This document shows positions 1 through 7,629 of a stretch of DNA of 32,000 nt, piece by piece. Positions within the stretch are counted from its first letter, which is position 1, and every line of letters starts with the position of its first letter. The translations under genes were made by a program, and so were the position numbers. The notes under the pieces were generated by a model that was given only the letters and a program-made list of their open reading frames with translations, was not told where the DNA came from and searched no databases. The stretch is from Xylella taiwanensis (lineage in GTDB: Bacteria; Pseudomonadota; Gammaproteobacteria; Xanthomonadales; Xanthomonadaceae), in the NCBI RefSeq assembly GCF_013177435.1, contig NZ_CP053627.1, positions 2,760,001-2,792,000 on the forward strand. The letters are read 5' to 3'.

Positions 1-1
1 A

Positions 2-742
2 AGCGTTGCGCCAGAAGGCCTATTCGGCCTTGACTGGAACAAGGGTCAACTGGTGTCCGGCGGCTTCGTCGGCTACGGACGGATGCATGCCGACTTCAGT
101 AATGACAACGGCACCTTCAAGCAAAAAGACAAGACCCTCGGCGGCTTTTTCGGTTGGTATACAGGCCCCGTCTGGGTCAATGCCCAGATCAGTTACAGCT
201 GGTTGAACTACGACGTCAACCGCGAGGTGCAACTCGGTCCAGCCACGCGGGTACATCGAGGTTCCCCCAATGGCAGCAACCTGACCGCCGCACTGAACGC
301 CAGTTACGAAATGGGCGAGGGTCAGCTGCGCTATGGCTCAGTCGCCGGTCTGATCTGGCAAAAAACCAAATTGGACGGCTACACCGAACAAAATACCAGC
401 GCCTCCGCACTCGGTTATGCCGATCAGCGCCTCAATTCACTGCTCGGACGCGTTGGTGGGCAGATACGATTCGAAACAGGCGTGGTCAACCCCTATCTAC
501 AGGTGACCTACGATCACGAATTCAAGAAACAACAAACCGAAGCCAGCGCATGGCTGCAAACCATGCCAGAGACGGGTATGTATTCAGTGCCGGGACTGAA
601 TTTCAATCGCAACTATGTGAGCATCGTGCTCGGTGCCCGAGCCAACATCAGGAATCTGCAAAGCAACGTTGGCCTCACCACGACCACGCAGAAGAACGCC
701 CGCGACACTACGTTATTCGTCAACGTCAACGGCAGTTTTTAA
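2..742 (+). CDS. Autotransporter outer-membrane beta-barrel (translocator) domain, C-terminal part. The 5' end lies outside the window.
   Basis: The frame is open from base 2, with no stop before the listed GTG at 53. The translation is an alternating beta-strand-like sequence rich in Y/G/N/T and ends in the outer-membrane signature ...VNVNGSF* (terminal Phe). Confidence 0.75.
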   Translation, partial: SVAPEGLFGLDWNKGQLVSGGFVGYGRMHADFSNDNGTFKQKDKTLGGFFGWYTGPVWVNAQISYSWLNYDVNREVQLGPATRVHRGSPNGSNLTAALNASYEMGEGQLRYGSVAGLIWQKTKLDGYTEQNTSASALGYADQRLNSLLGRVGGQIRFETGVVNPYLQVTYDHEFKKQQTEASAWLQTMPETGMYSVPGLNFNRNYVSIVLGARANIRNLQSNVGLTTTTQKNARDTTLFVNVNGSF

Positions 743-780
743 ACATATCGCCTGCGTATGCCACCATGAAGCACCAGCAA

Positions 781-807
781 GGCAACGACCGGGCTCGCGT
801 CGTTGCC
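781..807 (+). terminator. Hairpin downstream of the autotransporter stop; possible terminator without a T-run
   Basis: Perfect 9-bp stem GGCAACGAC / GTCGTTGCC with a 9-nt loop, about 40 nt after the stop at 742. No U-tract follows. Confidence 0.3.
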
Positions 808-845
808 TCCACAGCAAAGCAAGCATAGACTCCGGTGCACGCTCA

Positions 846-919
846 GCGGGCGTAGCTCAATGGTAGAGCTGTAGCTTCCCAAGCTACTGACGTGGGTTCG
901 ATTCCCATCGCCCGCTCCA
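846..919 (+). tRNA. tRNA-Gly (anticodon CCC)
   Basis: GCGGGCG acceptor stem pairs with CGCCCGC. The D-arm is AGCTCAATGGTAGAGC. The anticodon stem GTAGC/GCTAC carries the loop TTCCCAA. The T-arm is GGGTTCGATTCCC and the CCA end is encoded. Confidence 0.95.
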
Positions 920-1096
920 ATAAAATCAATCATTTGCAACACTCGACCCCCTCCGTAATACGTACGGTGCTCCACAATTCACCGGGTGAGTACTGCATTG
1001 TCTTTGTTTCGATTCAATCACGCCTAGCGCAATCCACTGACCACCGGATTAAAACGGTACAAAAAGTGGTCACCGCCTGCACAGCCACACAGGCGC

Positions 1097-1525
1097 TCAG
1101 TCCAGCATCACCACCGCACGGCCTTCGGCAAGCAGCTGGCCAACATGGAAGATACGGAATGTGTACTGTTGGCTGTCCTCGCCTTGCAGCAGCACTGCGG
1201 CCTCCCCATGCAGCGCCTGTGGTAAATCGTCGAACCGATCTACATACAGCGTCACCGCACGCAATGCGACCAGCATGCCCTGTCGCACGGGGCGGCCTAT
1301 CTCGCGCCCCAGCAAGCCGCCATGCACCGCCATTGCTTGCGCACCGTACTCACACAGATGCACTGCGTGCAAACGCCCGGCGTCACGTAGTGGGTGGACC
1401 AGATCACGGTGCATATCACTGCACAGCACAATGCGCGTCGTGTCCCAATCCACTACCTGTTCCCAAAAACACATGCTGCCTTGGTGAGGCAGCAGCTCAG
1501 CGATAGATTCAAATCCTTGCAACAT
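1097..1525 (-). CDS. Hotdog-fold 3-hydroxyacyl-ACP dehydratase-like protein (ApeP-like) of the APE/xanthomonadin-type locus
   Basis: The translation MLQGFESIAELLPHQGSMCFWEQVVDWD...HPLRDAGRLHAVHLCEYGAQAMAVHGGL matches the pattern of APE-cluster dehydratases. I chose the internal ATG at 1525, which is preceded by GGAAGGAAG. It overlaps the exporter stop by 17 nt. Confidence 0.7.
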   Translation of the reverse strand: MLQGFESIAELLPHQGSMCFWEQVVDWDTTRIVLCSDMHRDLVHPLRDAGRLHAVHLCEYGAQAMAVHGGLLGREIGRPVRQGMLVALRAVTLYVDRFDDLPQALHGEAAVLLQGEDSQQYTFRIFHVGQLLAEGRAVVMLD

Positions 1526-3875
1526 CCGCTTCCTTCCCAGAGATCCGGTCCAACACCGGAGCACGCGAGATCAACAACGCGAGAATGAAGTTAAACAAAA
1601 CACCCAGTGCCACCGTACTCCCAATCGCACTCAGCACCGGGATGCTCGATACGGCCAGCAGCGCGAACACTAACAGCGTCATCACACTGCACACCAACAG
1701 CGCATGCAGCGTACGCAATTGGTCGGCACGATGGTGACCGGCATGTTCGAAGAACAACGCATAGTCCAGGCCCAACCCAGCCGCGAGAATCAGCGCAATC
1801 AGGTGAAACAGATTCAGTTCTACCCCGCAGAGGCGTTGCAATGCCACGATCAGCAACGTCGTCATCGCCATTGGCAATAGCACACGCACGATCCGTCGCC
1901 ACTGACGCAATGCCAAGGCAACGGTACCAGCCAATAGAAACGCAGCAACACCCAACGCGGCCAGCACACGACCACGGTAAGCCACAACAAGGGACTCAGA
2001 AGCTTCCTTCAGGTCCATCAACTGGGCACCACTGCCGCGTACCACTGCCGCGAGCGCCTGCGGATCATGCAGACCGATCAGGGAAACCAGCGCGGTAACG
2101 CCATCCGTACGCAGCAACAACAAACTGCTGACCGGCATGGCCAACGGAGTACCCACCAAGCTCTGTACCGTCAGAGGCGGCGCCTGCCGTGCCGTCTCCA
2201 CATCCGCCTGAAATGGCTCGAATACGTCGGTGCGAAACGCTGAGGCCGCAACCGCTGCTTCGATCAAGCGCCGCGCCTCCTCCGGTGTGGGCAATGCCGC
2301 CTGACGGCGACGCTGGGTCTGGATACTGGGCAGATAACGTGCGGCCATGTCGTAACCGGCAACGCTCCCTTGGGCAACCGCACGATCCAGACGTGGGCGC
2401 AATGCCTCGCTAGCCTGCAAAGCCTGCTCGACCGAAGCCGCATGCAATACCAGCACATAACGTACATCCGGTGCACCCAGCTCCCGACGCAGGTGCAGAT
2501 CACGCCGCAACGCCTCAACCGGTACCGGAGTCAGCTTGGACAGGTCGTTCTGCCAGAACGGTCCCGGCGCCAGGAGCACAGCGGCTCCTGCAGCCACGCT
2601 CAATAGGGCCAGCGACCAGCGCGGACACGGCCCCCCCGCGATCCACTGCCATAGCCGCGCGAGCCATACCGAATGCGCAGGATCACGCGGCGCAGGATCA
2701 ATCAACTCCGGCAACAACCAGCGTGTGGTCAGCGCCGCCACCAGTAAGCCTGCAATGGTGAAGGTGGCAAGCTGGCGCAGACCATCCACTCCGGAAAATA
2801 GGAAAGTGACATAGGCAATACAGGTGGACACCACACCCGTCGCCAAGGTCGGCCAAAGGTGGCGCGCGTTTTCCCGCGGGTCCAGGCCCGGACGTTGATG
2901 GCTAAACAAGTGAATCGGATAATCCTGCGCCACACCGATCAAAGTAAAACCGAACGCCACGGTGATGCCATGCACGCTGTCAAACAGCAAGGCCACCGCC
3001 GCCAGACCAGCCAAACCGGCACTGGCAAGAGGTAACACACCCAACACTGGCACTTTCCAACTGCGATACGCCAGCAGCAGCAGCACAATCAGCCCTGCCG
3101 TATCCAGTATCCCGATCCACTGCGCCTCACCTTGAGTCCGCGCGGTAATCTCCACCGCGAATGCTCCGGGTCCGGTGAGTTCTAACTGAGTTGCAGTATT
3201 GACAGCCACCCGGGTGAACGCGGCCTGTACCGTATCGTAGGCGCGCTGCTGACTCGTCGGATCAAAACCAGCCGCACGCGTCTGTGCCAGCAGTAACGCA
3301 CGCTGTCCAGCATGATCAAACCAGACACCATCGTGCATTGGAGGTGCCACCAGCGGCTGTAAACGCTCCGCCAGATGCACCACTTCCAGCGTTGGATCCC
3401 GGGGCAGCAGAGGTTCAACCAAGATGGCCGCCGGAGAACCCAGATCTTGTAACCGCAGCTGCAGTGCCTGCTTGAGCTGCGCGGCATCCAGCGGTGCCGC
3501 ATCAAAGCTGTCAGTGAGCAGGTAACGGTATGGCAGTAATCGCGCCGGGATGGCCTCCAACCCAACATGGGTACCGTTAGCCACCAGCTCAAACACCTGG
3601 TCCTGCCCAGCCAGTATTTGGTGCAATGCCTGCGATTGCCGCGCCAGCGTGGCTGGATCACTGCCACGTAAGGACATCAACAACAGACGTGAGCCCGGCC
3701 CTTCACCCAGTTCCTCGAGTAACAGCTTTTGTGCGGGAGTATGTGCCTCGGGCATGAACTTACGCAGATCACCCGTGAGTTGCAGCCGATCAGAAAGCCA
3801 CCAGGCCATGACCACTAAGAGCACCAACCACAATAAAGCGATGCCGATACGACACCCCGCACTCCAATCACGCAT
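1509..3875 (-). CDS. MMPL/RND-superfamily exporter (ApeM-like predicted exporter)
   Basis: About 789 aa, with two multi-helix hydrophobic bundles separated by large soluble loops. It sits between the LolA-like and dehydratase genes, as in APE loci. I chose the ATG at 3875 (MRDWSAGCRIGIALLWLVLLVV), which is preceded by GGAGA. The Cys-rich upstream extension to 4055 is unlikely to be coding. Confidence 0.8.
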   Translation of the reverse strand: MRDWSAGCRIGIALLWLVLLVVMAWWLSDRLQLTGDLRKFMPEAHTPAQKLLLEELGEGPGSRLLLMSLRGSDPATLARQSQALHQILAGQDQVFELVANGTHVGLEAIPARLLPYRYLLTDSFDAAPLDAAQLKQALQLRLQDLGSPAAILVEPLLPRDPTLEVVHLAERLQPLVAPPMHDGVWFDHAGQRALLLAQTRAAGFDPTSQQRAYDTVQAAFTRVAVNTATQLELTGPGAFAVEITARTQGEAQWIGILDTAGLIVLLLLAYRSWKVPVLGVLPLASAGLAGLAAVALLFDSVHGITVAFGFTLIGVAQDYPIHLFSHQRPGLDPRENARHLWPTLATGVVSTCIAYVTFLFSGVDGLRQLATFTIAGLLVAALTTRWLLPELIDPAPRDPAHSVWLARLWQWIAGGPCPRWSLALLSVAAGAAVLLAPGPFWQNDLSKLTPVPVEALRRDLHLRRELGAPDVRYVLVLHAASVEQALQASEALRPRLDRAVAQGSVAGYDMAARYLPSIQTQRRRQAALPTPEEARRLIEAAVAASAFRTDVFEPFQADVETARQAPPLTVQSLVGTPLAMPVSSLLLLRTDGVTALVSLIGLHDPQALAAVVRGSGAQLMDLKEASESLVVAYRGRVLAALGVAAFLLAGTVALALRQWRRIVRVLLPMAMTTLLIVALQRLCGVELNLFHLIALILAAGLGLDYALFFEHAGHHRADQLRTLHALLVCSVMTLLVFALLAVSSIPVLSAIGSTVALGVLFNFILALLISRAPVLDRISGKEADVARI

Positions 3876-4058
3876 GATCGGTCTCCACGTTGCAGCAGGC
3901 GACACCGACACAAGCGGCAGATCGTGGCCAAGGCACCCACACATCAGACCACATGCGGTCATCGAACATGCCGGAACGGATGGAGACACACGTCCCGCAA
4001 CCTGGACCAATACTGCAAGCACCCCACATCGGCACATCACCGCTCTCGTGAGCAAACC

Positions 4059-4721
4059 TCACGTAGAACGGCCATGACATAGCGCGACCAGTGTTGTTGT
4101 GTTATCCACCGCAGTCACCGCCTGTACTGCACCGGCCAATAAGGTACGCTGCACGTCCCCTCTGGCCGGCACACTTTCCATACAGTTCAGATCGGCACCA
4201 CGTCCATACAGACGCACCTCACGCACCTGTTGCGCCAATGTTGCCTCCAGAGGGGCCAGATGCAGTTGCCAAACATCCTGTGTGCCCTCGGCACGAACAC
4301 GAAAATTCCGTTCGAGCAACGCGCGGTTGCCTGACAGCAACGCACTTAATCCAGTGTACAAAGCAGCTAACTCAGGTGCGCGTGACAGATCAAAACGGCG
4401 TCGTGCCTTGCCATCGCGCTCAAGGATCACCTCGCCATTGCGCAGCGTTGTCACCTCGTGGTACGGCACGGTTACTTCGCGCACCAGGGTCTGCGCATCC
4501 AGCCAACGGTAATAGCCCTGAACCCGCAACCGGGTCTTCAATAATGCCGAGCGGTGCAATTCCAAAAACGGGATACTCACTGACACTGGGTGGGCCAGCG
4601 TCTTAAGTATCCAGGTGACATCATCCTGCTCATTTGCTGCGGTCAGCAGCAGCGGTGCGCCGCTGCACAGCAGTATCAGCATCCACGGCAAGGCACGACG
4701 CATCAGCAGCATCAGGGACAT
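4059..4721 (-). CDS. LolA-like outer-membrane lipoprotein-carrier family protein (ApeL-like), secreted
   Basis: It has an N-terminal signal peptide, MSLMLLMRRALPWMLILLCSGAPLLLTAA. The body is beta-rich, and the gene lies directly upstream of the MMPL exporter. The start is ambiguous: ATGs occur at 4721, 4712 and 4703. Confidence 0.6.
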   Translation of the reverse strand: MSLMLLMRRALPWMLILLCSGAPLLLTAANEQDDVTWILKTLAHPVSVSIPFLELHRSALLKTRLRVQGYYRWLDAQTLVREVTVPYHEVTTLRNGEVILERDGKARRRFDLSRAPELAALYTGLSALLSGNRALLERNFRVRAEGTQDVWQLHLAPLEATLAQQVREVRLYGRGADLNCMESVPARGDVQRTLLAGAVQAVTAVDNTTTLVALCHGRST

Positions 4722-5610
4722 TCCAGAAATCGTAGAAGTTGAACCAGTTGTATGGCGCGTAACGTGTGTAATGTTCCAGCCTGGCGGCGTAATCGCGTAT
4801 GAGCATGGCCAATGCTGGGGCACGCTGGCGACGGGGCAGTTCCAGCCCTTCGCTGAACGCTTCGAATATCAACTCGTAATGGTTACCGCCGTGGTACAAA
4901 CCGAATGCCAGCACCACAGGCACCTTCAGCGCTGCAGCGATCAGCCACGGCGAGGTGGGAAACGCCGCGGTGCGTCCGAGGAACATCATCGGCAACAAAG
5001 GATCCCTCTGGGATGGGCGGTCCACCAGCAACGCCACCATCGCTCCCTCCTCCACGGCTGTCTTAATCGCGATGACAATCGAGGTACTGTCCATACCAGC
5101 ATCAATGATGCCGTCCGCAAGCTCCGGATTGAGTGCGTCCAACAACTCACTCGTTGCGCGGTTGTGTGCCTTATCGAGCACGATCCGGAGCTTGGCATGC
5201 GGACGCTCGGTCGCCAGCACACGCAACGCTTCAAAACTGCCCAGGTGCGAACCGAAGATCAGCACACCACAACCGCGGTCCAGATACACAGACAACTGAT
5301 CCAATCCGCGCAAATCGATCTGGAAAGGCTCCATCTGCCCACACAACATATACACGCGGTCGAGAATCGTGGAGGCGAACACATGGATGTGTCGCGCCAC
5401 ATCCATCCAGCCCGCTGGCCGGCCCAGCACACACGTCAGGTAATACCGAGAGGCGCGGCGTTCCGAACCACGCACCAGGAGGAAGTAGACAGTGATCGGA
5501 TACAGCAACGCACGCCCGATCACACGACCGCCATAGCGCGCAATACCGCAGATTAACCACAGCGCGAAGCGCCCCCCACCCTCCGGACGATGCTTCCAGA
5601 ACGCACTCAT
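4630..5610 (-). CDS. LpxL/lysophospholipid-acyltransferase-family acyltransferase
   Basis: N-terminal membrane anchor, the catalytic-type motif GSHLGSFE (H-x4-E), and a conserved tail ...YAPYNWFNFYDFW. The ATG at 5610 overlaps the upstream dehydratase stop (ATGA). Confidence 0.75.
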   Translation of the reverse strand: MSAFWKHRPEGGGRFALWLICGIARYGGRVIGRALLYPITVYFLLVRGSERRASRYYLTCVLGRPAGWMDVARHIHVFASTILDRVYMLCGQMEPFQIDLRGLDQLSVYLDRGCGVLIFGSHLGSFEALRVLATERPHAKLRIVLDKAHNRATSELLDALNPELADGIIDAGMDSTSIVIAIKTAVEEGAMVALLVDRPSQRDPLLPMMFLGRTAAFPTSPWLIAAALKVPVVLAFGLYHGGNHYELIFEAFSEGLELPRRQRAPALAMLIRDYAARLEHYTRYAPYNWFNFYDFWNVPDAADASCLAVDADTAVQRRTAAADRSK

Positions 5611-5903
5611 GCCGCCGACCCGGCAACAATCTCGCCGCTGGCCAAAAGATGCTGGGCGCAGCAAACGCGGAAACGCCAGCGTGGCATGGTTCCCTCCAAT
5701 TCGATCCGCGCATGTTGCTCCGGCAACAGCGGCCGCAAAAATTTGACCTGCGGCAGACGGATGCCGGTCAACCTACCTTCGCGTACCTGCAATGCATGTA
5801 ACACGTGCTCCAACACGAGCACGCCAGGCACGATGGGAAAGCCAGGAAAGTGGCCAGGCAAGCAGGGATGCGTTTTAGGAATGAAAAATTCCATCAATCG
5901 CAT
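5607..5903 (-). CDS. FabZ/ApeI-like hotdog 3-hydroxyacyl-ACP dehydratase
   Basis: The motif HPCLPGHFPGFPIVPGVLVLEHV is the FabA/FabZ active-site region. The protein is 98 aa and its stop is coupled to the acyltransferase start. Confidence 0.75.
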   Translation of the reverse strand: MRLMEFFIPKTHPCLPGHFPGFPIVPGVLVLEHVLHALQVREGRLTGIRLPQVKFLRPLLPEQHARIELEGTMPRWRFRVCCAQHLLASGEIVAGSAA

Positions 5904-6080
5904 CTCTCATGAACATGCTTGAGACCATATTGCGCGCCACACTTAACACCCGCACCCACGCTCTTTAAGGTAAACCGCAGCAGGATACTGCCAGCAGCCC
6001 AAACTCAAGATAAAGCGTGGTTGGCAAGAGAGTGCGTCATACCCACATGCGATACGGCAGTGTCACGTTCGCTCAACTGC

Positions 6081-6693
6081 TCATGCTGTAAAGAACGTCA
6101 AACTCAACGCAGCAAATTGCGCCAACATTCGGGACCCAAACACACCATCTGGCACAAAAAATCCACAAAATTCCCGTATGGACGCTACGGAAACCCGTCT
6201 CCACACAAAAAATATTCCCCAATGAAGCAGCTGCCGATCACGGCGTAAGCCAACAGATTCACCAATACCGCAACCCACCCGTCAGGAATCGCCAGCCACG
6301 GTGGCTGGCCAAGCTGAGCAAGCACCCCACTTGGCACCGCACACAACCCAAGCACTCCATTCACCAAGGTCGGCCCGGTCAAAATAAGGTCCACACCAGA
6401 GTCAATCGGCAAGCGTAGCGAGATTGAACCGGGCTAATATTCCGGCACGCGGGGCGATACAAGCCCGCAACACTACGGGTGATGAGCAGCACATGGCCGC
6501 GACGCACCCGGCCCCCGAAGAGCCAAGCCATCCACCCAGTGAACACCACCGGTGGCACCGCCAGCAGTAGCAACGCACGGCGCGATTCCCACAATGACGC
6601 GATCGCCACCAACACAACCAACACGGCACGACAAGCCCATATGCGGCCACGTGCTATTGGCTCAATCAGCACCAGGGCGGCACCCGCCAGCAC
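6081..6693 (-). pseudogene. Polytopic membrane protein of the pigment/APE locus, apparently split over three reading frames
   Basis: Three overlapping hydrophobic minus-strand ORFs lie in different frames: 6379-6693, 6185-6412 and 6081-6278. They read on from one another: ...RLTLVWTLF* / ...LILTGPTLVNG...LVNLLAYAVIGSCFIGEYFLCGDGFP* / ...VASIREF.... There is no ATG at the 5' end, and the frame is open back to the ACP stop. A T6 run sits near the second junction. Confidence 0.4.
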
Positions 6694-6810
6694 GCGCCAG
6701 CGAAGACCGGTGCGTGGTATTGGCCTAGTGCCCCAGCAATGAATTAGGACAACGCCACCAACACGGCCAAGCCCAACACCCAGGCTAGGACAGACGTATC
6801 TGCAACTGAC

Positions 6811-7080
6811 TCAGGTACTTCTATGCGCTTGGACATGATCTGAAAGCGCACGCAGCGAAGCGAAGATACGTTGGTTGTCGTCATGATCCGAACGTATCTG
6901 GAAACCATAACGCTTGGTAATCACCAGAGCCAATTCGAGCGCATCAATCGAATCCAGGCCCAACCCCGTGTTGAACAACGGTGCTGTCGGATCGATATCC
7001 CCGGGTTGGACATCCTCAAGATTGAGACTTTCAACCAGTAACTCAGCCAGTTCGCGCTCAGCAGGAGTTTGCACAGACAT
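6811..7080 (-). CDS. Acyl carrier protein (phosphopantetheine-binding)
   Basis: 89 aa with the attachment motif GLGLDSIDALELA and an acidic helical composition. Confidence 0.9.
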   Translation of the reverse strand: MSVQTPAERELAELLVESLNLEDVQPGDIDPTAPLFNTGLGLDSIDALELALVITKRYGFQIRSDHDDNQRIFASLRALSDHVQAHRST

Positions 7081-7256
7081 CTAGCAGAGATCCCAAACAA
7101 TAAACGGTGCACAAAGATCATGCATCGGCACGTCGCGTGCAACTCCCCCGGCACCTTTTCCCCAGGTAGCATTGAGATGTTTTCACGCTCTGTTCAAGGT
7201 ACATATCTAAGGTGACGCCCACCGCCACACACGCGACGTCCGCTGTTCCACGGTCG

Positions 7257-7507
7257 ATGGCCAAGGTCAACACCCCGGATGTGTTGGTGATCGACGCTGG
7301 TCCCGCAGGCTACACCGCAGCCATCCTGCTTACCCAACGCGGCTGGGGAGTGACATGGTTAGAAAAAATATCCACCCGCGCTTGCACATCAGCGCGTCGC
7401 TGCTGTCATTGAACATACCGCTTTTGCAATGACTAGGGGTACTGGACACCGTGCGCGCCATCAGCGCACTCGAGTTCGGCGCCGACTTTCCCTCAGCCAT
7501 ACCGTAG
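7257..7507 (+). pseudogene. Relic of an FAD-dependent halogenase/monooxygenase (xanthomonadin-type halogenase); N-terminal ~85 codons only
   Basis: The translation MAKVNTPDVLVIDAGPAGYTAAILLTQRGWGVTWLEK contains the Rossmann dinucleotide fold, with DAGPAG in place of GxGxxG. After the A6 run at 7363-7368 the homology continues in the -1 frame: NIHPRLHISASLLSLNIPLLQ*LGVLDTVRAISALEFGADF. That frame has an in-frame TGA at 7430-7432 and ends at the TAG at 7505-7507. The rest of a ~500-aa enzyme is absent. Confidence 0.65.
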
Positions 7508-7629
7508 CGCTTGCACGTGTTCACCCTGATCTACGCGATGACCACATTGTTGATACTGCCCCAGACCGGGCACTCTTGGCGGCAACGCCACCGTCAGCCG
7601 CGTCTTGGCTTCGCAGGCGAGACGCTACA

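Noticed and set aside
892-1506. 204-aa plus-strand ORF
   Set aside because: It begins inside the tRNA-Gly gene and runs antisense to the hotdog dehydratase. It is Ala/Pro/Arg/His-rich shadow sequence.
3876-4055. 60-codon N-terminal extension of the MMPL exporter ORF
   Set aside because: It is Cys-rich, unlike a signal or anchor sequence. The internal ATG at 3875 has a GGAGA RBS and is followed at once by the first transmembrane helix.
4615-5556. 313-aa plus-strand ORF
   Set aside because: It is entirely antisense to the well-supported acyltransferase and LolA-like genes. It has an Arg/His/Gln-rich low-complexity composition typical of shadow ORFs in GC-rich coding DNA, and no recognisable motif.
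7429-7629. 67-codon N-terminal extension of the xanB2 ORF
   Set aside because: It is Arg-rich (RARHQRTRVRRR) and overlaps the halogenase relic in another frame. Chorismatase homology and a sensible ~330-aa length begin at the ATG at 7630.
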